From Verrucomicrobiota bacterium (GTDB taxonomy: Bacteria; Verrucomicrobiota; Verrucomicrobiia; Opitutales; Coraliomargaritaceae), in assembly GCA_039815375.1 (NCBI GenBank), contig JBCBZJ010000012.1, forward strand, positions 24,504 through 88,503: DNA of 64,000 nt, given 5' to 3'. This document shows positions 52,489 to 62,174 of the stretch, piece by piece. Numbering within the stretch: position 1 is the stretch's first letter; every line of letters begins with the position of its first letter. The notes under the pieces are model-generated. The model did no database searches. It saw only the letters and a program-made list of their open reading frames with translations, and had not been told where the DNA came from. A program made the position numbers and the translations under genes.

Positions 52489-54153
52489 TTAGAGGGTTTT
52501 CGCCGTATCGACGACAAGGTTAATGGTAAAAGGAAGGACGTTAAGGCCCTGGTTCAGTTCCCTCCAGGAGATGATCGGAGGCTTGGACGCCACGATAAAC
52601 TCGGAGTTTTCAAAACTGGACTGCAAGGTTTTGATACGAGCAGTCAGAACTGCTTGATTGACCGCACCGCTATTCGCGCTTTCTCGCACGAGCATCTGAC
52701 CTTTCAGAACAATTTCGTAAATGGGATCACCATTCTCGGGTGTTGAACGTTCGACACTGAGGTCATCCAGCCAAACATCCTCTGCCATAGTTAGGCTTTC
52801 CTGTAGCTTCGCGAAAAACTGAATCCAGTTCGACTTCGAATTTAAAAGGCCTTCAACAAGCTGAATCGATTGCCCAATTTCTTGCGCATGTTCAGTGTTA
52901 TCAAAAATGGAAGCTTGTTTTGACCGTAGCGGCATCACCTCTGCTTGAATTGCCTCGGACTGGTCTTTCGTGGCTGTGCCGACTTGCTTGTAGCCGAGGA
53001 ATGCGGGCCACGGCGCAAGTGCCAAACATATTGCGGCTGCAATGAGAAATGGCTTCTTCCCACTAAAAGCCATCTCGGCCTGAATTTCCTCCGGCAGGAG
53101 GTTCACACCGGCTGCGTCGGCAACTTGTTCGCGACTCGCTTGCCCAATGATCTCGCTGATTTCAAGCCGAAGTTCCTCGGGGTCACTCAATATGCCAGCA
53201 TCCAGAGTGACATTCTGAAGCGGATCGAAAAACTCGACCGGCATTTTCTGGCTGGCTGAAAGTTGATCTGCCAGACCATTGAGCAGTGCACCACGCCCGC
53301 TAAGAAGAACGCGCTTTGGTGCAGCTGCACCTTTTTGGCGACGATAGTTCACGATTGAACGGGTGATTTCCTGACTCATCCTGCGAATAAAGCCATCGGC
53401 ACTGCCCTGAAGTAGCTTCGCGCCGGAATCCTCATCCGTGTGTTCCAGCTCACCGGCGAAAAACTTGTGCTTGATCTGCTCCGCTTGCGCGAAGGTTTTG
53501 CCCAAGCTGTCGGCGATGTTCTGGGTTAGCGAGTTCCCGCCGAGCTGTATATTGCGAACGAAGAATCCATCGGGGTTTTTAAAAAGGAGATTAGTCGAGC
53601 GCGCCCCAATGTTAATCAAGAGGACATCATCATCCATCTCGGGATAAGCAAACTGGATCGCGTTGTAGTCCAGAATTGTTGCTGCAGTAATGATTTGAGG
53701 AATGAATCCAGCCGAGCCAACAGTAGCACAAAACTCATCAATCGTATTGGACTTACAAGCGATGAACAGGACCTCTGTTTCTACACCGTCATCGCCGACA
53801 ACTTGACTATCCCACACCACTTCATGCAGCGGGTAGGGAATATTTTGCTGCGCCTCGAAAGCAATGATCTGGGCACGTTTGGCTTCCTCGACATGAGGAA
53901 TGCGTATCGTCTTTGTAAGAACCTGATTGCCCGGAATGATAATAGAGGCCTTGCCGGAAAGCTTGTGCGTGCGCGACAATTCAAGCAGGCTCTTATGAAC
54001 TGCTCCCAACCAATCATCATCATTGGTAAAATCGTAATCCAGACTTTCGGTTACAAGCTTATCGATGTGCAAGCCCCCGGAAAGAGGGCTGACCAGCGCA
54101 GCCGTCACCCGACTGGCGCCGCAATTTATTATTAAGTGCTTTGAGCTACTCAT
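52489..54153 (-). CDS. pilM: PilM(-PilN fusion) protein, Amuc_1101-like
   Basis: FEAQQNIPYPL.EVVWD, INIGAR.TNL, GGN.LTQ, LSG.G, FFDP, then NLLP + TM. Confidence 0.82.
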   Translation of the reverse strand: MSSSKHLIINCGASRVTAALVSPLSGGLHIDKLVTESLDYDFTNDDDWLGAVHKSLLELSRTHKLSGKASIIIPGNQVLTKTIRIPHVEEAKRAQIIAFEAQQNIPYPLHEVVWDSQVVGDDGVETEVLFIACKSNTIDEFCATVGSAGFIPQIITAATILDYNAIQFAYPEMDDDVLLINIGARSTNLLFKNPDGFFVRNIQLGGNSLTQNIADSLGKTFAQAEQIKHKFFAGELEHTDEDSGAKLLQGSADGFIRRMSQEITRSIVNYRRQKGAAAPKRVLLSGRGALLNGLADQLSASQKMPVEFFDPLQNVTLDAGILSDPEELRLEISEIIGQASREQVADAAGVNLLPEEIQAEMAFSGKKPFLIAAAICLALAPWPAFLGYKQVGTATKDQSEAIQAEVMPLRSKQASIFDNTEHAQEIGQSIQLVEGLLNSKSNWIQFFAKLQESLTMAEDVWLDDLSVERSTPENGDPIYEIVLKGQMLVRESANSGAVNQAVLTARIKTLQSSFENSEFIVASKPPIISWRELNQGLNVLPFTINLVVDTAKTL

Positions 54154-54177
54154 TAAGTAGGTATGAGAATAAAGTGG

Positions 54178-54756
54178 TTAATCTCGCACGTCGCGGCGCA
54201 AGAAGGTCGGCAAGTTGCTGACCCGTCCTAAATCAATGCCGGAAACCAAATAAATCGGCATAAGTAAATGATCATTATCCGAGCCACTGCTATTGGCAAG
54301 AGACTTGAAACTGTTCAGACTCTCCAGATTGGGGATATTGCTGCTCATGGCAGCCTTCTGAGGCTGTTGGGCCGCATCGCCGACGGAAACTTCAACATAA
54401 TAAAAGTCCGGATCGGTTGATAACTGGTCACGCTCAACAATAAGACCGGGCAGATAGAAGTAGACGTTGTTATCATCACCCTGTTCCATGATGATGATTT
54501 CAACCTCGGAAGTGTAGAAATCAAAGGCTCCGGGCTCGCCGTAGGCCAGATAGGCCTTTACTTTGATGTTTTCGACATAACGCTTATCACGGGCTTCCGG
54601 TGACGGATTGCCATTACAGGAAAGTTCGATTTCCACCTGGATCCAGTCGTCGCGAAGCGAATTGAAATCGACGCGATCAATAGTGATCGCCTCCTGTGCT
54701 CTTAATACTGAAAATGTCGCAAGTAAGAGTAGCGTAGGAAGGATGAAAAATTTCAT
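54178..54756 (-). CDS. Amuc_1102-like secreted protein
   Basis: Signal peptide from ATG 54756; W..VE.E, first gene of the operon. Confidence 0.55.
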   Translation of the reverse strand: MKFFILPTLLLLATFSVLRAQEAITIDRVDFNSLRDDWIQVEIELSCNGNPSPEARDKRYVENIKVKAYLAYGEPGAFDFYTSEVEIIIMEQGDDNNVYFYLPGLIVERDQLSTDPDFYYVEVSVGDAAQQPQKAAMSSNIPNLESLNSFKSLANSSGSDNDHLLMPIYLVSGIDLGRVSNLPTFLRRDVRD

Positions 54757-54959
54757 GGGGACTAGGGGAATACGTTCTTTCATGGGCATTAAAGCAACAT
54801 GAACTTTAATTTGGTATGGTCCGTTTTCCCCCTTAGCAATCACTTTTTGTAGGGAATTGCGCTTAACCCCCTTATAAATTATGAACCCGATATGCATGCA
54901 TGAGCTTAATAATAAATACGCTTGCACTTAAGAAGAGGCTGAAAAAATTCCTGCATAAT

Positions 54960-55475
54960 ATGAGCACAACGCTTCCCTTCAAAATCAGCGCATTGGTCTT
55001 CGTTCAGAACGAAAAGGGCGAACACCTCCTGATCGAAAGGAGGAAAGCGCCCAATCTTGGCTGTTGGAGCCCCATCGGTGGCAAGTTGGACATGCACCTT
55101 GGCGAGTCACCCTACGAATGTGCGAGACGGGAAGTCGAAGAAGAGATCGGTCTTCAACTCGAAGACGTTGAGCTTCACTGCTTCGGCTACATCTCCGAAA
55201 AAAGCTATGAAGGCTCGGGGCATTGGCTCATGTTTCTCTTCAAGTCACTAAGGCACATTGAGCAGCTCCCTCCAGAGATCGACGAGGGTCGCTTCCGTTT
55301 TTTCAGCCGCCAGGGTATCGATGAACTGGCCATACCGGAAACTGATCGCACTCTTCTTTGGCCCTACTTTGATCGTTTCTCCAAAGGCTTTGTCGGCATG
55401 CGGGCCAACTGCGATCCCGCCGGTCAGCTGACACTGGTTGAAGAGCTTAAACTCAACGAAAGCATCGAAATCTAG
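54960..55475 (+). CDS. NUDIX hydrolase
   Basis: GGK.....GESP.ECARREVEEEIG Nudix box. Confidence 0.92.
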   Translation: MSTTLPFKISALVFVQNEKGEHLLIERRKAPNLGCWSPIGGKLDMHLGESPYECARREVEEEIGLQLEDVELHCFGYISEKSYEGSGHWLMFLFKSLRHIEQLPPEIDEGRFRFFSRQGIDELAIPETDRTLLWPYFDRFSKGFVGMRANCDPAGQLTLVEELKLNESIEI

Positions 55476-56542
55476 CGAGGGACCAACGAGCCGGACTCGA
55501 CCTTCTGGACCGCCCATGCTGAGGTTTCTTCCGGTGGCTCTGTCCCGGTTGCAACGATCTGTAAATTCTCCGGGCAGGCGCGCCAGAAACCGGCCTTACG
55601 CTGAGGATCCAACTCGCCTAAGACATCGTCAGCCAGAAGCACGGGCTGCGAGCCCAGCATCTCACGAAAGAGGCAAGCCTGAGCAATTCGTAGAGCCACA
55701 CAGAGCCCTCGCTGCTGGCCATCGGAAGCAAACTCACGTGCGCCACCAACTTCAAGCGCGAGGACAAAATCGTCGCGATGTGGGCCCTTCTGAGTCGCTC
55801 CGAGAATCTCGTCGCGCTTCCTTCCACGAGCAAGCGTCTCTGCGAAGTCTGCTGGAGTGGTGATCTCCGTGCTAGGCTTGAATTCAATTTGCGGCCCCTC
55901 ATCGGCCTCAGCCATACTCGTGTAAGTTTCCTGCAAAACATTTCGCAAACGAGTGAGCCCGGCATCACGTTTCTCCGACAAAGTAGCTGCATGAATCGCA
56001 ATCTCTGCTTCGAAGGCGTCGAACTCACCGGTCGAACCCCCGTTCTTGAGCAATCGATTTCGTTCAGAAAGCCCACGATGATAATTCCGCAAAGCATCGT
56101 AGTAGGCATGATCGATGGACGAAAGGGTGAGGTCCAAAAAACGCCGCCGCTCGGCTGGGCTACCTCGAAGCAATTGCAAGTCTCCTGAACTTAAAGGTAC
56201 GACCGGGAAGCGGCCGATGAAGTCTCCCAGACGGTTCACCGCTTCTCCGTCGATCAGCACTTTGCGACCCGAGCGACCTCCGTGGATCTCAATCTCTGTC
56301 TCACCCTGCCCTTCATGGTCTACTGAGTAAAGAAGGGTGTATTGCCCGACATCCTTTTTTGGCAACGCATTCATATTCTGGGTTCTGAAGGAACGCAACG
56401 CCGTGACCAGCCCAAGCGCCTCAAGCAGGTTCGACTTCCCATGGCCATTGGCTCCGAGGAGAAATGTTCTCGGTGCGTCCAGAGAAAGCGCCGCAAACTC
56501 GAAGTTGCGGAAGTTCTGCAGCCTCAAATTGAGAAAACGCAT
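55472..56542 (-). CDS. recF: DNA replication/repair protein RecF
   Basis: NFRN, GANGHGKSNLLEA, P.ERRRFLD, GPHRDD, SDGQQR, LADDVLGELD. Confidence 0.95.
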   Translation of the reverse strand: MRFLNLRLQNFRNFEFAALSLDAPRTFLLGANGHGKSNLLEALGLVTALRSFRTQNMNALPKKDVGQYTLLYSVDHEGQGETEIEIHGGRSGRKVLIDGEAVNRLGDFIGRFPVVPLSSGDLQLLRGSPAERRRFLDLTLSSIDHAYYDALRNYHRGLSERNRLLKNGGSTGEFDAFEAEIAIHAATLSEKRDAGLTRLRNVLQETYTSMAEADEGPQIEFKPSTEITTPADFAETLARGRKRDEILGATQKGPHRDDFVLALEVGGAREFASDGQQRGLCVALRIAQACLFREMLGSQPVLLADDVLGELDPQRKAGFWRACPENLQIVATGTEPPEETSAWAVQKVESGSLVPR

Positions 56543-56547
56543 ATCCG

Positions 56548-57681
56548 TTATATCGAGATCACCTGGGAGCTCGAACCTTTCGCTTCAGAACGCAGCATAT
56601 CATAACTCTCCAGGATTGCTGCGAGTAGGTCATCCCAATCCTGCTGGCTGGTCTCCCATCCGGAGCTGATGCGTAGCGTCCGCCCGGCCCGACTTGGCTC
56701 CAATTGCATCGCGGCAAGAACATGGGAAGGGCCTGACTTACCCGTCGAACATGCCGAACCGGCAGATATGTAGAAGCCTCGTTTCTCTAATGCTCGAATC
56801 CAGCGTGGGCTGGTAAATTCCGGCAGAACGACCGAAAGCGTATTCCAGAGGGAAGGGGCAACGGGAGCGTTATTTGCAGTATCCGGGAGCGCCTGTTTCA
56901 GCTTCGTCCAAAAGGCCTGTTTTAAATCCTCCATACAGACAATTCGCTTTTCTTCAGCGAGCTCCAAAGCAGTGATCATAGCCAAAATCCCGGCCACGTC
57001 TTCCGTCCCCGCCCGACGACCATGTTCTTGGGCACCACCCCGCAATCCTCCAGACATCGACTCGGGCGCAACCAGAAATCCCGTTCCTTTCGGACCGCCG
57101 AATTTGTGGGCACAACCGGTCAAAAAGTCACATTTCCCCAAACCATTCAGTGACATTTTACCGATCCACTGGGAGGCGTCGCAATGAAACGGAATGCCGT
57201 TCGCCCGGCAGGCCTCTGCCAGCTCGGACCATGGGTTCAGTAATCCAGTCTCGTTGTTGGCCGCCATCACAGAAAGCGCTGACAATTCTTCGAAATTCAC
57301 TGCAGATAAATCCACTGCACCGTGCCGGTCCAAGGCCAACCAAACGAGGCGCTCCCTGAAATAGAACTTGGCTGCTTCAATTACGCTTGGGTGCTCTGTA
57401 GGGCTGATGCCAACAAATGCATTCTGCGTAAAGACATGAGCCCAATGAGCAAACACCGTGTTATTTCCTTCCGTTGCCCCGGAATTAAAAATAACCCGGT
57501 CCGGATCGACCTCCAGCAAACCTGCCAATCGCCGGCGTGCATCCTCGAGACGAGCATGCACTGCAGCACCAGAGCGGTAAGAACTCGAGGGATTCAGCCA
57601 ATGCGACTCGTTCACATCGAGCCACACATCACGAGCAACCGGGAAAAGCGGTGTCGTCGCGTTGTGATCAAAAAACCGCAT
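56548..57681 (-). CDS. Cysteine desulfurase family protein (NifS/IscS-like)
   Basis: DHNATTP, NPSS, SGATE, NNETG, HKFGGPKG, SAGSACS. Confidence 0.92.
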   Translation of the reverse strand: MRFFDHNATTPLFPVARDVWLDVNESHWLNPSSSYRSGAAVHARLEDARRRLAGLLEVDPDRVIFNSGATEGNNTVFAHWAHVFTQNAFVGISPTEHPSVIEAAKFYFRERLVWLALDRHGAVDLSAVNFEELSALSVMAANNETGLLNPWSELAEACRANGIPFHCDASQWIGKMSLNGLGKCDFLTGCAHKFGGPKGTGFLVAPESMSGGLRGGAQEHGRRAGTEDVAGILAMITALELAEEKRIVCMEDLKQAFWTKLKQALPDTANNAPVAPSLWNTLSVVLPEFTSPRWIRALEKRGFYISAGSACSTGKSGPSHVLAAMQLEPSRAGRTLRISSGWETSQQDWDDLLAAILESYDMLRSEAKGSSSQVISI

Positions 57682-57731
57682 GGAATGAACTTATTCCGAA
57701 CAACTCTCTTCAGTCAAACCGGCCTGCGTCA

Positions 57732-58517
57732 TCAGGGGATGCGGATTTCCTGACCGACTCGAAGCGCATTTTCGCTCGAGAGCCGATCGCGGTTGGCCTG
57801 GTAAATATCGATCCAGCGTGAGGGCGTGCCGTAAAAACGAGCGCTGATCGTGCTTAACGTATCACCGGATTGCACAGTGTAGACCCGAGGGACATCTGCC
57901 GGATTCGGTGTAACAGGTGTCGTTATCTCTGCTGCTGCCGCTGGTGGTCCGATTTGTAGATTTGCAGGCATTTGAGCCTCTGGCTGAGGTATACGACGGG
58001 CCTGTCCAACTACATTTTCTAATTGCTGCACACGTTTTTGTGCGATGACGAGATCGCGCTTCAAACTGTCATTCTCCAGTTTGAGATTTTTCATCAGCTC
58101 CATCAAATCGATACGATCCAGTTCACCCTGATAGGGCTGCGCAGGAAGTTGACGGGCGAATTCTTTTTGTGCGGTTTCAATCAGTTGGCGCACTTGGATA
58201 GCCTGCTGCGACTGCGGCTTGAACTGAAGATAGCGTTCGAAATGGTAGATGGCACGAACCGGGTCCTTCATTGTCCGCAGATAAATATAACCTGCTTCCA
58301 GATGGGACTCCGGAGCATCTCGACGGGCATCGATCACACGAAGAAAGGCGCTCAGAGCCTCCTCGATTCTGCCCTGACTCTTGTAGTCCTGGGCAAGCTG
58401 ATATTGCTTTTCGTCGGTTTCACTCACCACTTCCACACTCGCTGAGCCACAACCGGCCACCAGGCAAAGCACTGCCAGTGAGACAACGTATTTGAAAAGT
58501 ACCACGCGCATCGGCAT
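57732..58517 (-). CDS. TPR + LysM domain lipoprotein
   Basis: Lipobox VAGC; TPR-like AIYHF.RYL; C-terminal YTVQSGDTLS.IS..FYG...W..IY.AN. Confidence 0.88.
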   Translation of the reverse strand: MPMRVVLFKYVVSLAVLCLVAGCGSASVEVVSETDEKQYQLAQDYKSQGRIEEALSAFLRVIDARRDAPESHLEAGYIYLRTMKDPVRAIYHFERYLQFKPQSQQAIQVRQLIETAQKEFARQLPAQPYQGELDRIDLMELMKNLKLENDSLKRDLVIAQKRVQQLENVVGQARRIPQPEAQMPANLQIGPPAAAAEITTPVTPNPADVPRVYTVQSGDTLSTISARFYGTPSRWIDIYQANRDRLSSENALRVGQEIRIP

Positions 58518-58634
58518 TTGTTTTCTACGAGCCACTGCCTCGGTCAACGCTTTTCACTCAATCAAAAGAGGTGCAGAGACCCAAAAAAGGTCGCTAATAA
58601 GCTGTAAGTCCAAGCACCGGAGCGCCGTTTTGTA

Positions 58635-59149
58635 ATGATGGTAAAAAAAACAACCCTTCTCGCTTTCACTATCATGGCAACCGGACTACTACATAATCTA
58701 CTCAGCGCAGACGAGCTTGCTTTAGGCGTAAGCGCTCCTGAAGTCACAACGATCGACCACGAAGGTCAGGAAATTGATTTAGGCAAAGCTCTTGGCAAGG
58801 CACCGCACTCGTTTTCTTTTATCCTAAAGCAATGACTCCTGGTTGCACAAAGCAGGCCTGCAGCCTTCGCGATGGCTGGGATGAGCTGCAAGATCGAAAA
58901 GTGACTGTGTTTGGTGTCTCTTCCGACGCCGCAGAGACTCAAGCCCAATTTCGCGCAAAATATGCTCTCCCCTTCACTTTGATCGCGGATAAGGACAAAG
59001 CGGTTGCCAATGCTTTCGGCAAAGGTCGCTGGAGTCGCCAAGCCTACCTTTTCAAGGATGGTAAACTCGTCTGGCGCGATCTCAGTGCATCTACCGGTGG
59101 TCAAATGGACGACGTGATTGCGGCACTGGACCAGCTCGCAGCAAACTAA
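58635..59149 (+). pseudogene. Peroxiredoxin (BCP/AhpC-TSA), split by a single-base frameshift near 58797
   Basis: Frame 1 ...DHEGQEIDLGKALG; the other frame continues GTALVFFYPKAMTPGCTKQACSLRD. Confidence 0.8.
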
Positions 59150-60117
59150 AAGAACAACGCTTCAGCGATCTCCTGTTCTGCACCAAGCGGCTTCACCTGT
59201 GTCGTAATGGTTTCTTCGGTCTTGCCGAGGTAGGCTTCCACGATGCCATTATTACCATCATTGATTTTCCGCCAGCGGAAATAGCGATCATCGTTGTAGT
59301 GCAATTCAAGTGTTAACGAGCACTCAGGCGAGCTGCACTCCTCAAGATCATAATCCGCTTTCTGTGGTTCGCAGTCTTCGCACTCTCCGAGACAGTCCTT
59401 AACCCATTCCAGAAGCCTACGTCCCTCACCGGACATGCTGGCACAATGCCGGATGCGGACAGACTGCAAGCCGTGGCCTAATTTCTCGATCGCATAGCCA
59501 CTGAGATACTGCCCGATTGCCTGGCGGACAGGTAAGAGACGTGCAGCAGCTAAATCACTCACTCGGCTAGGTTCTGGCCATTCGATGCTGTCGATGTCAG
59601 TCGATTCGATACTGCTGTCATAAATACAACGGCGCACCCCCACCAAAAGGCTGTCAAAATACTGGGGAATGCGCGCGGCCGGCACACGGTTAAACCAGTG
59701 GTAAGTCGGTAAGTCCGGTTCCAACCAAACAGAAACCTGATTGCCAAGATAACCGCAGTCTTCCGGTTGGTAGCTTAGCATAAGTGCCTCACAGCAACAC
59801 ATTTCACGGTGCGAATCTCCGATGTAGCATTGGCTGAATAACTTAGCCGACATCGAACCGTCGGAAATCGAGCGTGAGGGGCAAAGCACGATGATCCTGC
59901 TAGGATACCGCTGTGCAAATTGAATCAAGGCGTTAAAGCGCGCACGAGCCTCCTCAGGAGACACTTCCCAACCGAAATGCAGTACCACATTCATCTGCGA
60001 AGCACGGAACTCGGATGGTGATCCGTCGGCATCGCCCTGCCACATTGTCTGGAGGCGCTTATTGACCTCGCCGACGGAGAGCTCGATGCCGGGCAATTCT
60101 TGAATCAGATCCTTCAT
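59146..60117 (-). CDS. opcA: Glucose-6-phosphate dehydrogenase assembly protein OpcA-like
   Basis: Downstream of zwf; RASQMN.V, PSRII, DLP...W, DS, DL...RL. Confidence 0.75.
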   Translation of the reverse strand: MKDLIQELPGIELSVGEVNKRLQTMWQGDADGSPSEFRASQMNVVLHFGWEVSPEEARARFNALIQFAQRYPSRIIVLCPSRSISDGSMSAKLFSQCYIGDSHREMCCCEALMLSYQPEDCGYLGNQVSVWLEPDLPTYHWFNRVPAARIPQYFDSLLVGVRRCIYDSSIESTDIDSIEWPEPSRVSDLAAARLLPVRQAIGQYLSGYAIEKLGHGLQSVRIRHCASMSGEGRRLLEWVKDCLGECEDCEPQKADYDLEECSSPECSLTLELHYNDDRYFRWRKINDGNNGIVEAYLGKTEETITTQVKPLGAEQEIAEALFF

Positions 60118-60139
60118 TAGTATAGCTTCAAAAATTTAA

Positions 60140-61696
60140 CTAACCGGAACGGCGCCACTCATGGCCATTATCCCAGAGCAAGCGTTCGCTTTCGAGTGGA
60201 CCCCATGAACCAGCCGCGTAAGTCGCCAGCCCGTGACTACCGCACTCTTTCCAGTGTTCCAGGATCGGCGTCACCAATTTCCATGAGGCTTCGGTTTCGT
60301 CACCACGGATAAAGAGGGTGCTATCGCCAATCATGGCATCAAGGATAAGCCTTTCGTAGGCCTCCGGTGTATTTGAGCCGAAGGTTGTCGAGTAGCTAAA
60401 GTGCATTTTAACCGGCTGGGTGCGCGTCTCTAGGCCGGGAATTTTAGAGTTCATCACCAACGTCACCCCCTCATCAGGCTGGATACTGATGACCATGGTG
60501 TTCGCCGCTAAGTCATATTTTTTACCTTCAGAGAAAAGGATACCCGGCGGACGTTTGAACTGGATGGCAATTTCACTCGCACGTCGCGCCATGCGTTTGC
60601 CAGACCGTATATAAAACGGAACGCCCTTCCAACGCCAGTTGTTGATCGAAAGGCGAAGCGCGGCGTAGGTCTCGGTCGAGGAATCCTCCGGTATCCCCTG
60701 CTCCTCCATGTAGCCTTTGACCGGCTCGCCGCTAATCAGGCCACTCTCGTAGTGCGCACGAACCACATCACCCCCCTCAGAATCAAGCTTCAGCGGCTGG
60801 ATCGCCTTAACTACTTTGACCTTTTCGTCGCGAATCGATTCGGGGTCGAGCGAGACCGGCGGCTCCATCGCGGTGAGCGCGACAAGCTGCATGGTGTGAT
60901 TTTGAATCATGTCACGCAGGGCTCCACTGGTATCGTAATAGCCGCCACGGGTGCCGACACCAAGACTCTCCGCCACCGTAATCTGAACACAGTCGACATA
61001 TTCACGGTTCCAGATCGGCTCGAAAATAGAGTTGGCAAAGCGCTGCACGAGGAGGTCTTGAACGGTCTCTTTGCCAAGATAGTGATCGATTCGATAGACT
61101 TGGGGCTCTTCGAAGACATCGTTGATGGCCGCATTCAGCGCCCGTGCCGATTCGAGGTCCTTTCCGAAAGGCTTTTCAATAATGACCTTTGATGCGAACT
61201 TCGTGTGCAAGTGCGCTTTGGCCATCCCACTGCTACCCAGATTTGAAATAATCGGTTCGAAAACATTAGGCGGCGTAGAGATGTAAAAAAGACGCTGCAC
61301 TTCACGGCCCAAGTCGGCCTCGATTGCATCAATTTTTTTAGCAAGTGACTCAAATGCAGCCGCATCATCGTAACCACCTGCGTGGTAGGTCATATGCTGG
61401 CGCACACGTTCCCAGATTTCCTTGTTGAGCGGACGACGGGAATGTTGATCAATCGCTTCATCCATGATTTCCCGAAACTCCTCATCGGGAATCGGCTTAC
61501 GGCCATAACCAATCAAATGGAATTCTCCGGGGAGGAGATTATCCACCCCCAAATTGAAAATGGCAGGCACGAGTTTACGGGCGGTCAGGTCTCCGGATGC
61601 ACCAAAGATCACCACTACCGTGGGTGGCGCACCCCGGTGCTTACTCAAGCCCTTTAGAAAAGGGTGTCTTAATTCGTCTTCGGTTGCTTGGCTCAT
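60140..61696 (-). CDS. zwf: Glucose-6-phosphate 1-dehydrogenase
   Basis: GASGDL..RKL.PA, EKPFG, RIDHYLGKE, RDMIQNH, EAYERL. Confidence 0.97.
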   Translation of the reverse strand: MSQATEDELRHPFLKGLSKHRGAPPTVVVIFGASGDLTARKLVPAIFNLGVDNLLPGEFHLIGYGRKPIPDEEFREIMDEAIDQHSRRPLNKEIWERVRQHMTYHAGGYDDAAAFESLAKKIDAIEADLGREVQRLFYISTPPNVFEPIISNLGSSGMAKAHLHTKFASKVIIEKPFGKDLESARALNAAINDVFEEPQVYRIDHYLGKETVQDLLVQRFANSIFEPIWNREYVDCVQITVAESLGVGTRGGYYDTSGALRDMIQNHTMQLVALTAMEPPVSLDPESIRDEKVKVVKAIQPLKLDSEGGDVVRAHYESGLISGEPVKGYMEEQGIPEDSSTETYAALRLSINNWRWKGVPFYIRSGKRMARRASEIAIQFKRPPGILFSEGKKYDLAANTMVISIQPDEGVTLVMNSKIPGLETRTQPVKMHFSYSTTFGSNTPEAYERLILDAMIGDSTLFIRGDETEASWKLVTPILEHWKECGSHGLATYAAGSWGPLESERLLWDNGHEWRRSG

Positions 61697-61700
61697 TTGA

Positions 61701-62147
61701 TTAGGCGGTGTAGTATTTTGAAAATAGCGGGACGTTAGCGTAATGGCGGACTTCTCCGGTGCTTCCCTCAGCGAGGGCTACTCCAATCACATCAAAACGG
61801 AAGTGTTTTGGCGGATTTTGCAATTGCTTTAAATAGCTCTTACACGCCCTTTGCAAAACCTTCTTCTTCGCCGGGCCGACAGAATGGTATCCAGAGACAA
61901 GCGCAGCCGCATCACGGGCACGGACTTCAATAAAGACCAATACCTGGCCATCCATACAGACCAGATCGAGCTCATCGCGCCTGTGACACCAGTTGCGGGC
62001 TAGGATACGGTAACCGAGCTCGACCCTGCAAAAGCGAGCCGCAAGCTCCTCGCCATAGCGCCCACGCTCTGCCCGCGAGCTACCCTCGGGAAGCTTCGCA
62101 GGCCCTTTTTTGAAAAAGAGCTCACGGATGCGATGAAAAAGTTTCAC
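61701..62147 (-). CDS. YraN family protein
   Basis: G..GE..A, G.RILARN, ELDLV, LVFIEVR, RFDVI; start uncertain (GTG 62147). Confidence 0.88.
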   Translation of the reverse strand: MKLFHRIRELFFKKGPAKLPEGSSRAERGRYGEELAARFCRVELGYRILARNWCHRRDELDLVCMDGQVLVFIEVRARDAAALVSGYHSVGPAKKKVLQRACKSYLKQLQNPPKHFRFDVIGVALAEGSTGEVRHYANVPLFSKYYTA

Positions 62148-62174
62148 GTGGCCTGAAGAGCTGAATAAAGGAAG

